Assembly: GCF_001194135.2 (NCBI RefSeq)
Contig: NC_069005.1
Location: forward strand, 19,161,260 to 19,225,259
Reading direction: 5' to 3'
From: Octopus bimaculoides
Lineage: Eukaryota
Length of the DNA: 64,000 nucleotides
Both the position numbers and the translations under genes were made by a program. Numbering within the stretch: position 1 is the stretch's first letter; the number at the start of each line of letters is the position of its first letter. The notes beneath the pieces were generated by a model. The model was not told the origin of the DNA. It did no database searches and saw nothing but the letters and a program-made list of their open reading frames with translations. Below, one piece after another: positions 12,070 to 24,578 of this stretch.

Positions 12070-12620
12070 AATGCCAGGTGCTGCTGCTAAATGTACAATC
12101 TGTCAATTGTGATTGATGACTGAAACAGAATACCATATCAGTACTGTTTGATGTTCTGGGATGGTATACTGACCAACTAAGGGTAGTAAACTACAAGATT
12201 CTTACATTCTCTTGATTTCCTGTAATTCAGACTGCCTCATGGTCCCAGTAGACAAAATGGAGAAGGCGTTGCTGCTAAATTGTTTATCATTGGTCTTTAT
12301 GTGATGTTGTTTCAAGATCTTTCATTGGCTGCACAGTTGTGATTAAGCAAGTCTATGAAATGTTCTTTCCATAAGTTGCTAACAGCTGTTCATTTTATTA
12401 GATTTTGTACCATCTTTAGCTCTGAAATACTTTGATCTGCCACCGTAAATGGTTCTTAACTTCTGGTGTTTGTTACTATACTACAGTCATTGCTTGCTTG
12501 GCAAGCTTGCCTTCAAGTTTTTCTTTGGCAAAAGTTATTCTTCACCTTTTGGTCAGCTTGAAAATCATTCTCTTTCTTTGAGTCAGCTGCTTCATTTAGG
12601 CTAGGAGTCAGCAGACTTCT
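12070..12620 (-). mobile_element. Decayed RTE (BovB-like) LINE ORF2 fragment
   Basis: Minus-strand frames LRTIYGGRSKYFRAKDGT and NLWKEHFIDLLN, matching the RTE linker between endonuclease and RT; many stops. Confidence 0.65.
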
Positions 12621-13147
12621 TTGGGCACTTCATGGAATCATTGATAACTTAGTAACTTCCATCATATAAATTTCTAAAATAAAATTTTAAAAAATATAAA
12701 TGATAAAAAAATTTCTTGATTTAAAAGCCGTTCCTTCATTCTTTTGGGTCATTACTGCTTTTCAAAAGAAATGTATTGAAAATACTTGATGAAATTGATA
12801 AAGAAGAATAATGCTCAAAATTGTTTCGGATGTTTTTCGACCCCTTGGATAGTCACATAGAGACTCAAGGGTCAATACTCACCACTTTGCCAGCCCCTGA
12901 TTTAGGCATTGTTCTTCAACGCTCAAAATCAGTGGAACTCAGGGACTTCTAATAAGCTGCAGTGATGCCTACCTTAAAAGCAAGCAATGTTTTCTGCAGA
13001 GTTTCGGTGTCCTGAGTTGATAGAGTACAGGTTATCATTTCAGGCGCTACTGAAGTTGCTCTGCCTTACCTGTGTCTGAGAGAGACTTGGCATTGATTTA
13101 TCCATTGGTATTATTTCTGATGCTGACCAAAATTCAGGAACGTTGAA

Positions 13148-13199
13148 CCTAGTTAGTTCTTAGACGGGTCATTGCTTGGGAAACCTAGGTACTGTAAAC
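13148..13199 (+). pseudogene. 5S rRNA 3'-half-like segment
   Basis: Ungapped match, 36/52 nt by hand, to the vertebrate 5S 3' end as recalled (CCTGGTTAGTACTTGGATGGG...GGGAATACCGGGTGCTGTAGGC). Confidence 0.65.
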
Positions 13200-13202
13200 A
13201 AA

Positions 13203-13430
13203 GAGGCAGCAAGCTGGCAGAATTGTTAGCACGTTAAACAAATTGCTTAGTAACATTTCCTCTGGCTCTTTACATCCGGAGTTAAAATTCCATCAAGGTT
13301 AACTTAACCTTTCATCCTTTCAGGATTGATAAAATAAGTACCAGTTGAGTACTGGGCTCCATGTAATTGACTTATATCTTCCCTTAAAATTGCTGGCCTT
13401 GTGCCAAAATTTGAAACCATTATATATATA
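13203..13430 (+). mobile_element. SINE family B
   Basis: GAGGCAGCAAGCTGGCAGAATTGTTAGC head. Confidence 0.8.
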
Positions 13431-14499
13431 TACAGCAGACATTGTTTGGGAGCTAGATGTATTGCCATGTTAGGTTGCATTGGGTGGTGGTCAGCTCTCG
13501 TCATGTGTATTAAATTTCTCATCCTCATGATAATGGGTTCAGATGATGACATCAGTGCTTTGGTCATGGATTCTGTCAGGAACCCTAGTATCAGATGGCT
13601 TATCAAAATACTGTAATCACTGATAATTAATTTATGCTCTCTGCATTTATTTGGGGCAAGACCACCACCAGTCTGGGTTAATGTTCTCTACAATGTTCTT
13701 TTCCAGTGGCATCATTCCCCATATTCCAGACACCATCCAGCAATATAGTTTCATTATATTTTGGTATTTTGAACAGGATGCTGTGTGTGTGTCTCTATCA
13801 TGTTTTTGTATTTGTGTGTCTATATGTTATATTTTCTGTGTGTGTGTGTGTGTGTGTGTATGTTTGTGTCATTTTGCATGTGTGTCTCTCTGTGTCTCAT
13901 GCAGGTGCATGTTTGTCTATCTACATGTGTCTGTGTGTATCTTTGCACACGTGCACCAAACCAAGAAAGAGCATGCCAATGGGGAACTTTTGCTGCCACA
14001 AGGTTGTTTAGTTTCACAAATGGAAATTGTCATCTTTAACCTTTTCCAAGTTGTCAAACACCCCTACCACATGCACACACACACTTTTGGTTTTGATGCA
14101 AAATCACATTTTAATGTATCCATAAATGAGTTAAACCCTTCTGTTACAATTTTCAGTGCCTTTTGTTGCCTTATAGACTCTAGTTTAATAATGAAGTCAA
14201 CATAAGTTGGCAGAGTATTTCATTAGAAATATGCATATGAAAGGGTGAAAATTAAAAATGTGTTGTTCAAAGTATTGGCAATCTTGAAAAAGCTTTGTGT
14301 TTACTGTTTGAAATCAAATCAACAACCAATTTCAACTGAAGCTATGTATATATATATATATGTATGTATGTATGTATATATGTGTATATTTGTATATATG
14401 TATGTGAGTGTATATGTGTGTGTGTGTGTATATATATATCATCATCATCATCATCGTTGTTTAACATCCGCTTTCCATGCTAGCATATGTATATATATA

Positions 14500-14562
<63 letters not shown>

Positions 14563-15559
14563 ATATATGTGTAAAGTTAATAAAAGAAAATGGAGAAGAA
14601 CAAAATGTAGTGGATACTTGGTTAAATTTATTTGTATCACAATGAAAAAGTAATACATATAAGATTCAGGATATAAAGGAACCGGATGAACAAAAGAAAT
14701 AACCAAAAAAAGAATCCTACATATGTTTGAATCTGGCTTTAGGTTTGAATTATCAGCATTCAAGTGATTTTAGATGTAAAAAAAAAAACACATTTAATTG
14801 GATATTTTAAGGGGTAGTGGCAGGAAAGTGTGACAACATCCTTGGGAAAACTCTGGTCATCAAAAAAAATGAACCAGCTAGTCTGTTCTGGAGGACTTTC
14901 AGATTGGCGACTACCATCGATAATTTTCATATGTCCTTGGCCTGACAGTGCTACCTGGGGGCACTACTGGTTCGAAATGAACTCTACAAAATCATTCTGC
15001 ATGCACTTGTTCAGTGTCTGGTCATTGCTCTGGAGTTATGTCAAACAGCTGCTGTCATGTGTGGGGTGGATGCTTCTGTTAGCCAAGTCCATAGTGATGA
15101 GTTCCCTGTTGCCCTCCTTTAATTGGGCAGGTAAGGCAGTTTTCCTTTGTCTGGTGGACGAAACTGAAAAGCATGAGGGCAAAGACATTCCTCTTTGGAA
15201 GACTCAGTGACTGTTTCAAGTTTTAGTTGAAAAAGAAAGTGGGGGTTGAGAGGGAGGTGCTGTCTTGGAGTGAATTTATTGAAAAGTGAGTTAGACTTAT
15301 GAGTCAGAGAAAAGGAATTGGAGAGCATGCTTGCCTTTGGTGTTCAGGGAGATCTTGAACAGTGGGGTTCCTTCATTAACCCTAGGGGGCCTCCTGCATC
15401 AGGAGAACCACATCACTATCATCCTTTTTCCTTCTTTGTTTTAGTGCATATGGTGTATACTTTTCTTTTTGTCATTTCATATGCAAACGCTCACACTTTG
15501 TCTTTGTATTGTCCCCTTTGTTCCTTGTCTTGGTGGCAAATAAAAGAAATCATTATTAT

Positions 15560-15950
15560 CATCAAATTCCAGTGACTTAGACTTTGGCTTTTGTCCTTTC
15601 AGGTTTGATAAAATGAGTACCAGTTGCCCACTGGTGTAAATGTAATTGGTGTACCGTCCCTTCATGCACCTACCCCTTGAAATTGTTGGCCTTCAAAACT
15701 ATTATTATTGTTGATGGTGAACTGGCAGAATTGTCAGCATGGTGGGCAAAATGTTTAGTGGCATTACGTTTTGAGTTCAAATTCTGCTAAGCTCAACTTT
15801 GCTTTTCATCCTTTTGGGGTTGATGAAAATAAGTACCAGATGAACACTTTGGTCAATGTACAGCTTACCCCCTCTGCCAAAATTTTAAATCCTTCTTACT
15901 ACTATCATATAAGGCAGTGAGCTGGTAGAATTATCAGCATGCCAGACAAA
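15560..15950 (+). mobile_element. Cluster of partial family B SINEs
   Basis: GGTGAACTGGCAGAATTG...GAGTTCAAATTCTGC...CTTTTCATCC and adjacent fragments. Confidence 0.75.
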
Positions 15951-16199
15951 ATTCTGTGCCAAAAATGTGAAATCATTGTTACTAAATAACCATGCAAAAA
16001 CCATGTGATAAGGTTTCCTAGTAGCCCACCATGTTGACATTACCTGCTTGGTAAATGGCAAAATAAATTTAATATTCTGTCCAGAAAACCCTGGGTAACA
16101 AACTTCAAATGATTTTTGTGCAGTTCTTAATAATAACAATAATAATAATATCTACCCTCTTAACTGATAGAGTGCTCTACTATCTGTTGAGCTTCATAT

Positions 16200-16365
16200 G
16201 CTGTATGGGAGAGGGGGTGCTGGTTCCGGGTACCATGAAAGGCCTTCTGAGTTCTTTTACAGGGCTTAGAAAAAACTAAAGGACCACTGCAATAAGTATG
16301 TGAATCTGAGAGGGAAATATGTTGAATAAAATCATAATTAACTGATCTTGTACTTCCCTTACATA
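16200..16365 (-). mobile_element. Fragment of a mariner-type MITE
   Basis: Reverse complement matches the interior of 53959-54178. Confidence 0.7.
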
Positions 16366-16803
16366 TGTATGTATATATTAAGTAAGACAACGTAGCCAGG
16401 ATTTGGATAAAAACTATCCTCTCTTCATGATGGAGATTTTATCCAAATCCTGGCTACCTTTTTCTTAATTTATAAAATCTGCACTCCACAGACAATCTAT
16501 ACATATAGACAGATGTATGTATGTATATAGATAGATAGATTTGTTTATATTTCTTCACTGAAATGAACTTGGCCAGTTTAAGTCTGTGCATTGTAACAGC
16601 TACTTAATCCACCGACCTTTTGAACTAGTATCAGTGTGTTTTTGCTCTATATATTTTACTTCTATTCATTTTATTTTGTTGAACAGTTTCTTGTCGTTTT
16701 GCATTTATTTATTTATTCAAAATGATTTCTTTTTATTTTTAATTTTTAATTTTTTTAATTTTTATTTATATTTATTTTCTGTTATTTTTTTTTTTAATTT
16801 CAG

Positions 16804-17019
16804 AACCACCATGTGTCTGTCCTCCTCCAACTTAAGTCTAAGTTTTTTTGCTGTCCCCTCACCTCAGATGACTTGGACTTTACCATCTTCTTCTACCCTC
16901 AGTTAACAATGAGCCAAACTAGACTTTGTAGAGACAGTAGTTGGGGGAATGATAGAAATGGTTCAAAGCTTATGAATGCTAAAGGACAAATTAGTTTATC
17001 ACAAGGATTAATACACAAG
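16804..17019 (+). CDS. Internal or first coding exon (216 nt, 72 codons, phase 0-0) of an unidentified gene
   Basis: Long T-rich tract ending TTTCAG|, then an open frame NHHVSVLLQLKSKFFCCPLTSDDLDFTIFFYPQLTMSQTRLCRDSSWGNDRNGSKLMNAKGQISLSQGLIHK, then donor AAG|GTAACA. Unique sequence, more GC-rich than the flanks. Coding may start only at ATG 16909. Confidence 0.7.
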
Positions 17020-17185
17020 GTAACATAACCTAACGTATATATTTCTGTGTGCACATACTTATATGATTTATTCACATTAACTGTTGTGCACATTTCAATT
17101 ATTGTCTTAAAACATTTTGATACTTCTCATTGAAATTTATACTGCATATATATACATGTAGTACATTAAAGTATATGTAATATAT

Positions 17186-17221
<36 letters not shown>

Positions 17222-18004
17222 GCATAAGTACATAAATGTACACACACACACACACGTATTCTGTTTTATCCCTTCTCCTGGAATGCTAATATGGATTTTC
17301 TCTTTTGACTTTCATAGCTCTTTTTTTTTTATAATTTGTGTTTTTCTTTGTATCTTTTACAAGTTTTTTTTTTCTTTTAGATAAATCATTTGCTAAGATA
17401 GAAATTGTATTTTATTTTTGCTTTGGTTATTTTTTTATGTGTATGTTTGTATGTTTTTTTTTCTTTTTCTTTGTAGTCTGATGACTTAGAAGATTTTCCA
17501 ATGAAAAAATAGGCCTTACTAAATTGTTCTTTTTTTTTGCGGCTTTTTTCTTTTTTGTCTTCTTAATAACATCAAGCAAGATGTAATTACTAATTTTGGT
17601 GCCATGTCTGACAACTTCAGTAAATTCTTGTGACTGTTCCATTGATCGCGTTCCTTCAGTGATAAAACCAATATGATTGGAGATTCTCTCAGAAATTTAT
17701 TTATTTCCTTTCTGTAAGATTTGATAGAAATAAGCTAAAGAAGGAATGTAGATAGATGAATGAACAGGTGTCTAATGGTAACTATTTTGGTAATAGATAT
17801 TTTGGACAACAGGCATGGCTGTATGGTTAAGAAGTTCTCTTTGCAGCCACTTTATTTTGAACTCCTTCCTACTGTAAGACACATTGGTATGACCAGTGCC
17901 AAGAGAGTGAAATTTGGTACCTAATCCTGCTCTGTGTGTGGGTGCACACATGCTTCCCCACACCTTTGTATTAATACCATTTGAGCCAGTACTTTATGGT
18001 GGAG

Positions 18005-18320
18005 GCACATGACTTAGTAGTTAGGGTGTTAGACTGATGATTGTAAGATTGTGGTTTCAATTCTTGGACTGGGCAATTCATTGTGTTCTGGAGCAAAATA
18101 CTTCATTTCACATTGCTTCAGTCCCAGTCCCCTCAGCTGGCAAAAATGACAGACTAGGGAGAAGTACATATGACTTGGAGCTTTGTATTCAGACCCCCAC
18201 CCCATCAGTGCTTTGTGAGTGAAATTTGGTTGGCAGAAAGCAACTGAAACGTATTGTGTATGTGTGTGTTTCCAGGCTTTGCATTGATAACATTTGGACA
18301 ATGGTGTTGTTTGTGACCTA
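18005..18320 (+). mobile_element. tRNA-derived SINE, family E
   Basis: TAGTAGTTAGGGTG (A box) ... GTTTCAATTC (B box); related copies 26415-26715 and 31990-32250. Confidence 0.75.
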
Positions 18321-18497
18321 CATAGCCAATGTTTTCTGTAGTTGAGCTTTTTGACATTAAAAACTAGTGGATTGCTACCTTACTTGGAAACATTTAAGGG
18401 AATGAAGGGCATCCAGTTGTACACTACTCTTGCCAAAGAAAATCTTGTTCATCCCATACAAGCATTGCATGAAATGACACTTTATAAGTAAAACAGA

Positions 18498-18910
18498 CAT
18501 GATTGTGTGGTAAGAAGTTTGCTTCCCAACCAGGTTCAGTCCCACTGGGAGCACCTTGGGCAAGTGTCTTCAACTATAGCCCTGGGCTGACCAAAGCCTT
18601 GTGGATTTGGTAGAAATATATGTGTGTGTGTGTGTGTGTGTATCTTTTTACTTCTTTCAGTCATTAGACAACAGCTCTGCTGGGGCACCTTAAAAAATTT
18701 TAGTTGAATGAATCAACTCCAGTACTTATTGTTATTTTAAGCCTGGTACTTATGTCAATCTCTTTTGCTGAATCTCTTAACTTATGGGGACATAAACACA
18801 CCAATAGTGTGTTAGTGTTTGTCCCCTACAACTGCTTGACAATGGTCTTCTTTCAGTTCCTATTTGCTAAATACACTCACAAGGCTTTGATTAATGTGAG
18901 GCTATAGTAG
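18498..18910. mobile_element. Adjacent, oppositely oriented family A SINE halves (+ 18498-18640, - 18645-18910)
   Basis: Core TATAGCC...AAAGCCTTGTG present in both orientations. Confidence 0.75.
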
Positions 18911-18924
18911 GGGAGAGGGCTTGT

Positions 18925-19085
18925 TGATTACGTTGATCTTAGTGTTCAACTGGTACTTATTTCATTGATCATGATGGGATGAAAAGCAAAGTCAACCTCA
19001 GCAGAATTTGAACTCAGAATATTAAAGATAAATGAAATGCTGCTAAACATTTTTGTCCAGCATGCTAATGATTCTGCCAGCTCAC
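18925..19085 (-). mobile_element. SINE family B
   Basis: GGATGAAAAGCAAAGTCAAC...GAATTTGAACTCAG...CTGCCAGCTCACC. Confidence 0.85.
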
Positions 19086-19086
19086 C

Positions 19087-19103
19087 ACAACAACAACAAC
19101 AAC

Positions 19104-19146
<43 letters not shown>

Positions 19147-19198
19147 TTAATATTAATATTAATATTAATAATAATAATAATAATAATAATGATGATGA
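19087..19198. repeat. Compound (AAC)n(AAT)n(AATATT)n(GAT)n microsatellite
   Basis: Direct reading. Confidence 0.95.
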
Positions 19199-19501
19199 AG
19201 AAACAAATATCGATTTATCCAAAATGTAATTGTACATTTACCATCATAAGATACAACGCAAATGTTAATTTATTTCAGTAGTTTGCACATTTATTAGCTA
19301 AATAGCATAGATAATTAAAATGTTAGCAGCTGAACATTATTTTCCACATTGGCTAAATTCAACCAATTTGTCTGTAATGTTTATCTTAAAGAGTTGTTGA
19401 TAATTGAGAATAAATTTGATTGTCAGCCAGAGGGGAGCAAAAGTTCCATGCATAGCTTTGATGCTGTAGTAATCATGGGATTTTTTCTGTTGTTGTTTTT
19501 C

Positions 19502-19730
19502 TTAACCCTTTAACACTCAGATTACCCTGTCAAATGAGTTGCTTATTTATTTTCATTGTTTTGAATTAATCATGCATTATCTTGTGCCTTTTGAAATTTC
19601 AATGGTGTGCATGTTTACTTTTAGAATGATATTGTAGGGTAGGAGTGAGAGGCTGGAACTGGTAGCTTTGAACATAAAAACAGATAGAATACTTGGGCTG
19701 GGTATGACCAGTTTAAATGCTACAGGGATA
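19502..19730. mobile_element. piggyBac-like MITE
   Basis: TTAACCCTTTAAC start; same body as 10158-10840. Confidence 0.75.
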
Positions 19731-20659
19731 ATAATGTAGTCATCTTTATCTCCCTTTCCAGCTCTACCCCCATCTCTCCTACTTGTGAATAGCCTTATAT
19801 GATCCTTTCAACAGTAACAAACCTGTTCTTTCTTTTATACTTCAACCTCTCAACATCTAGCATAAAACTGCCTCCTTCTCTATTAATCTTACTCGGTTGA
19901 GGAATCACCTTTGTCTTGTGAACTACCTGGTAACCTCACTGACGATGGTGCCACAAAAAAAAAAATGTATCCAGTACACTCTGTTAAGTCTTTGGCATTA
20001 GGAAGATTATTCAGCCATAGAAATCATGCCAAGGCTGACATTGGAACAGAATACAATCCCCAGACTCTTCAGATCCTGTCAAACTGTCCGACCTCTGCCA
20101 GCATGAGAGACAGTCAACTCCAAGATTAGTGAGAGGAAGTAACCCTCAGACTAGAGACCTAGCTCAAAGACTTGCAACAGATTGGAACTCTGCTAAAAGG
20201 CAAGTTGATAAAAGGCATTTAGTCATAGATACCAAGCTGAAAAATAAGATTTACAAGTGAGCTAAGTGAACATGAATAGTAAAAAGTGATGTGTGGTTAA
20301 GAATTTGCTTTGCAATCATTTGATTTCAGGTTCAGCTCCACTGCACAGCAACATAAGCAAGTGTCTTGTACTTGTAATCCTGGGCTGACCAATTTTATGT
20401 AATTGAATCTGGCAGACGGAAACTTTGTGGGAGCCCATCTTGTGTCTATATATATGTGCCTGTGTCGTGTAAAAAGCACCTGTGCCAGCACCATGTAACA
20501 TCACTCATGCCAGTGCCACATTAAAATCATCCAGCACACACTGTAAAATGGTTGGCATTAGGAAGGGCATCCAACCATAGAAACCAAGCCAACTCTGGTC
20601 AGTCCAACCCATGCAAGCATAGAAAATGGATGTTAAAGGATGATGATGATGATGAAGCA

Positions 20660-21170
20660 TGGTCCTCCAACTTGTCTAGGAGGAAAGTAATGATAATTGA
20701 CTTTGGCTGTGATGATCTGTCCAGCCCAGGCCAGCACGAAATATAGGCATTAAATAACTTTGCAGGACAAGATGCCTCAACTGGGGAGAGTAGTTTTGAG
20801 GGACAGAAAAGGTGTCTTGCATCAGAAGAGAAACCTGGGTACCTCAAGTGGAGAGAGAGTGAGGGAGAGATGGTGAAAATGTAACGAAGAAGTGGCAGGG
20901 CTTGTACACCCAATTTACAGGGGTGTGTATATAGTTAAGGGACCTGAGATAGAAGAGGATGAGCAGATTGGTGACTTGACAAAATTTCCAAATGAGTAGG
21001 AGTTAGATGGGGGTGGGGTTTGTGAGTTGGCACTGGTAGTGGGAGAGGGTATTAAGAGGATATGTTGTAGGGAAAGGATTCAACAGGGACATTGTCTGCA
21101 GGTAGATATGCAAGGGAGAAAGCAAGGGAAGGCGAAACTGCAGTGGTGAGCATGAGTGGGTTTAGAAGGA
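20660..21170 (-). mobile_element. Decayed CR1/L2-like LINE fragment
   Basis: Purine-rich antisense composition with no intact frame; a similar block lies at about 45000-45330. Confidence 0.35.
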
Positions 21171-21414
21171 TTTATTTTTAGGAACAACCAAAAGTTATTT
21201 TATAGTTTAGCTTAGAATTTTAGAAGAATGTAACTTTATTTTAATGTATTATGATTATTCTGTTAATTTAGCACAGATCATTGCTGTTGTTTAATTGTTA
21301 GATTTTATATTCCACTTGACTTCACCCTCTTAATGATTTTGGCTGGTTTAACAGCACCACCTAGCATGTGTGTGCTGTTTGTAGAATTAGCATATTTGCT
21401 AGCATTCAGTGTAG

Positions 21415-21690
21415 GTCTCCAGCCCAGGGATAAGTTGAAGGACCTTTTTTTAAACCTGGTATTTATTCTATCAGTCTTTTTTGCTGAACCACTAAGTTAC
21501 AGGGACATAAACACACACACACACACACAGAGGCTTTTCTCAGTTTCTGTCAACCAAATCCACTCACAAAGCTTTGGTCAGCCAAAAGCTATAGTAGAAG
21601 ACACTTTCTCAAGGTGCAACAGAGTGGATGTGAACCTGGCTCCATGTGGTTAGGAAGTGAACTTCTTACCACACAGCCATGCCTGCATCT
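21415..21690 (-). mobile_element. SINE family A
   Basis: AAATCCACTCACAAAGCTTTGGTC...CACACAGCCATGCCTGC. Confidence 0.85.
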
Positions 21691-22230
21691 ATATTAGAAA
21701 CAATTATTATTGTTATTATAAAAAGCCTTTTAAAAAACATTTTCTTGCACATAAGCATTGCTGTAATATTTGGTTTAGTTTGTCTTAAACAACCAACCAT
21801 TGTAGTTTAGAGATGCCAAACTAACGAGTAACCTTTTTTTTTGTTTTGTTTTCATTTTTTATTTTACCTGAGAAAAGAAAATAGATTTCTAATTTCATAT
21901 TTGGCAGATTTGGCAAATTCTTTCAGGGAAAAAGATAAAAGCAACAAAAAATGAGTTTATTTGAATACAACATATGTTTCAAGGGAAACTGTTCAGTAGT
22001 CACACTATGTCTGCAAGTTATAATAAATATAATGAATATGCACATACTGTTGTTTAACAGTTATTTAACCTTGATCATTCACACCTATGAGGAAGGGCAT
22101 TCCATCTATGGCCATCCCGTCTTTTTGGGGTATCTGGCTCCACATTTATCCAGTGTGTCCTGTCCATTTTACTTGAGGGAGGTTTTGCTTGTTATTTTGA
22201 GCAAGTTAATTGATCATTTATTCATTTAGC

Positions 22231-22330
22231 TCAGTGGTTCTCAACCAGGTCCCGTATCAGATTTTGTTGTTAAAATTTATCCCTAATAAATTGGTTATAC
22301 TTTTACAATACACAAAATATTTTAACAATT
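22231..22330 (+). mobile_element. hAT-Charlie-like MITE left end
   Basis: CAGTGGTTCTCAACC terminal motif. Confidence 0.6.
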
Positions 22331-22743
22331 CCTTTTCATACCATTCCTGGCAAGGGAAACTGATAAAGTGGGTACCAGATGTGAAAGAAAACATAAGTAC
22401 TCAGGCTGATTTGTTTAACTAAATTGAAGATGTTGCTCCAGTGTGGCCACAATCCAATGGCTGAAACAAAAGAGAAAAAATACATTAGATAAGGCATTCG
22501 TTTGTTACTACTAAGATGACAAATTACTTGATTCTCTGAAAAATTTCTAATAAGAGATTTCTTGCACATTTATCCAACATGTACAATTTGATGATTCACA
22601 TTAGCAAATGAAACATATGAAATGGTGAATAAATAATGCCAAAAATTTTTCCAGATTACTGTTTTGTTATATAATAACTCTAAAAACAATATTTCCACAA
22701 CTGTCACCTCTAACAAGACACATCTTGGATTTTTTTCCCTACC

Positions 22744-22792
<49 letters not shown>

Positions 22793-24131
22793 NNNNNNNN
22801 NNNNNNNNNNNNNNNNNNNNNNNNNNNNNNNNNNNNNNNNNNNNNNNNNNNNNNNNNNNNNNNNNNNNNNNNNNNNNNNNNNNNNNNNNNNNATATATAT
22901 ATATATATATATATATATCTGATCATCATCATCCATGCTGGCATGAGTTGGACCATTTGACCAGAGCTGGGAAGCTTGCACCAGGTTCCAGCCTGATTTG
23001 GCTTTGTTTCTATGGCTGTATACCCTTCCTAATACAAACCACTTTACAGTGTGCTGGATGGTTTTAACATGGCACCAGCACAAGTGTGCTTTACATGGAA
23101 CCAGCACAGGACTCTTGCAGGCCAATCTTCTTCACCATAGGATGTGACCTTAACATTTCTACTGTAGAGAATGGGTCTTCTTGAGTACAGCAAAGTGCCA
23201 GGTATTTCGGTCACACACATACACACACAGACTGTCCTATTAAGTGCCCTTGGAAATAGGTTGGAGATGGACATGAACCAAATGAATGAATACATACATA
23301 TACATACATACATACATGCATGCATGCATGCATGATGGTTTTTGGTAAGCAGTGTTAATTTTTACAATTCTGTAAATAATAATAATAATAATATATGTAT
23401 AAGCTTAAAGCTTATAAAATATTATTCTATACATATAGACATACACACACATATATACATACATACAGTTCATGAGAAGTTCAATATTTAGTAGAAAACT
23501 TACATGGTTTCAGATGCAAAACCTTTCAATGTCAATCATGTATCACTAGAATGCACAGAAGCAGTCATCATCATCATTTAACGTCCATTGTCCATGCTGG
23601 CATGGGTTGGACGGTTTGACTGGGCTGGAAGGCTGCACCAGACACCAGTCTGGTTTGGCATGGTCTTCTACGGTTGGATGCCCTTCCTAATGCCAGTCAC
23701 TCTGAGAGTGTAATGGGTATTTTTACATGCCACCAGCACAGGTGCCATTTGCATGACACCAGGGTGTGTTTACGTGCCAATTTGTATGACACTAGTATCT
23801 GCCACAGCTGCGATTTTGCTAGGCATAATGTGTCTTCTCAAGCATGACATGTCAAAGTTCTTGGTTATTGAACCCATGTTATTAGTATATATTTTACAGC
23901 ATTCTTCGTAATGTATTTTTTTATTTATATTAAAGTTGTGTCAGGGTTGGGGTGGATGATCAAAACATTGCTGCAGGCCAGATCCAAGCTCTGTGCTGCA
24001 TGATTGATTCTCATGTTCTAAGCTATTGACAAATAAAAACCTGTGAGAAATAACTAAATCTCTTTCAAATTCCACCCTATTTTCTTGAAAAGAAAGAAAG
24101 AAAAACAGCAGAGAATGTAGTTCTATATACA

Positions 24132-24578
24132 TTAACCCTTTTGATATCAATCAGCCAAGACTGCCCCTGGATCTATGATCCAAATTTTATTTTTAAATGA
24201 TCTAAATTAAAATCTTTCATCAAAATAACATGTTAATTTATGTCCCAAACATCATCTTAATAATCTTTTATTTTTTTACTTGTTTTAGTCATTAGACTGT
24301 GGCCATGCTGGGGCACTGCCCTGAAAGGTTTTAGTTGAACAAATCAACCCTTGTATTTATTCTATTGGTTCTCTTTTTCCAAAACATCAAACTATGGGGG
24401 ATGTAAACACACCAACACCAGTTTTGAAATGGGGGCAGGGGTCAGACATACAAAGAAACTCAAAACATGTCCAACAATTTTTTCCCCGGGGCATTCTCAC
24501 CACATTTTTCATTAATTTCAAAATTAATTGAAACAAAAGCTGTGTATTTTGACAGAAGTATGGTAGCAAAAGGGTTAA
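24132..24578. mobile_element. TTAA/CCC-ended piggyBac-like MITE with a nested family A SINE (about 24278-24450)
   Basis: TTAACCCTTTTG...CAAAAGGGTTAA; relatives at 27525-27752, 47245-47720, 47990-48200, 61305-61450. Confidence 0.75.

Noticed and set aside
13544-13623. Box C (ATGATGA) and box D (CTGA) about 80 nt apart
   Set aside because: No terminal stem, no clear C'/D' boxes and no recognisable rRNA guide; such words are common here.
21850-21885. Strong AG|GT ratchet-like motif on the minus strand
   Set aside because: Antisense to the gene; kept as evidence that such motifs arise by chance.
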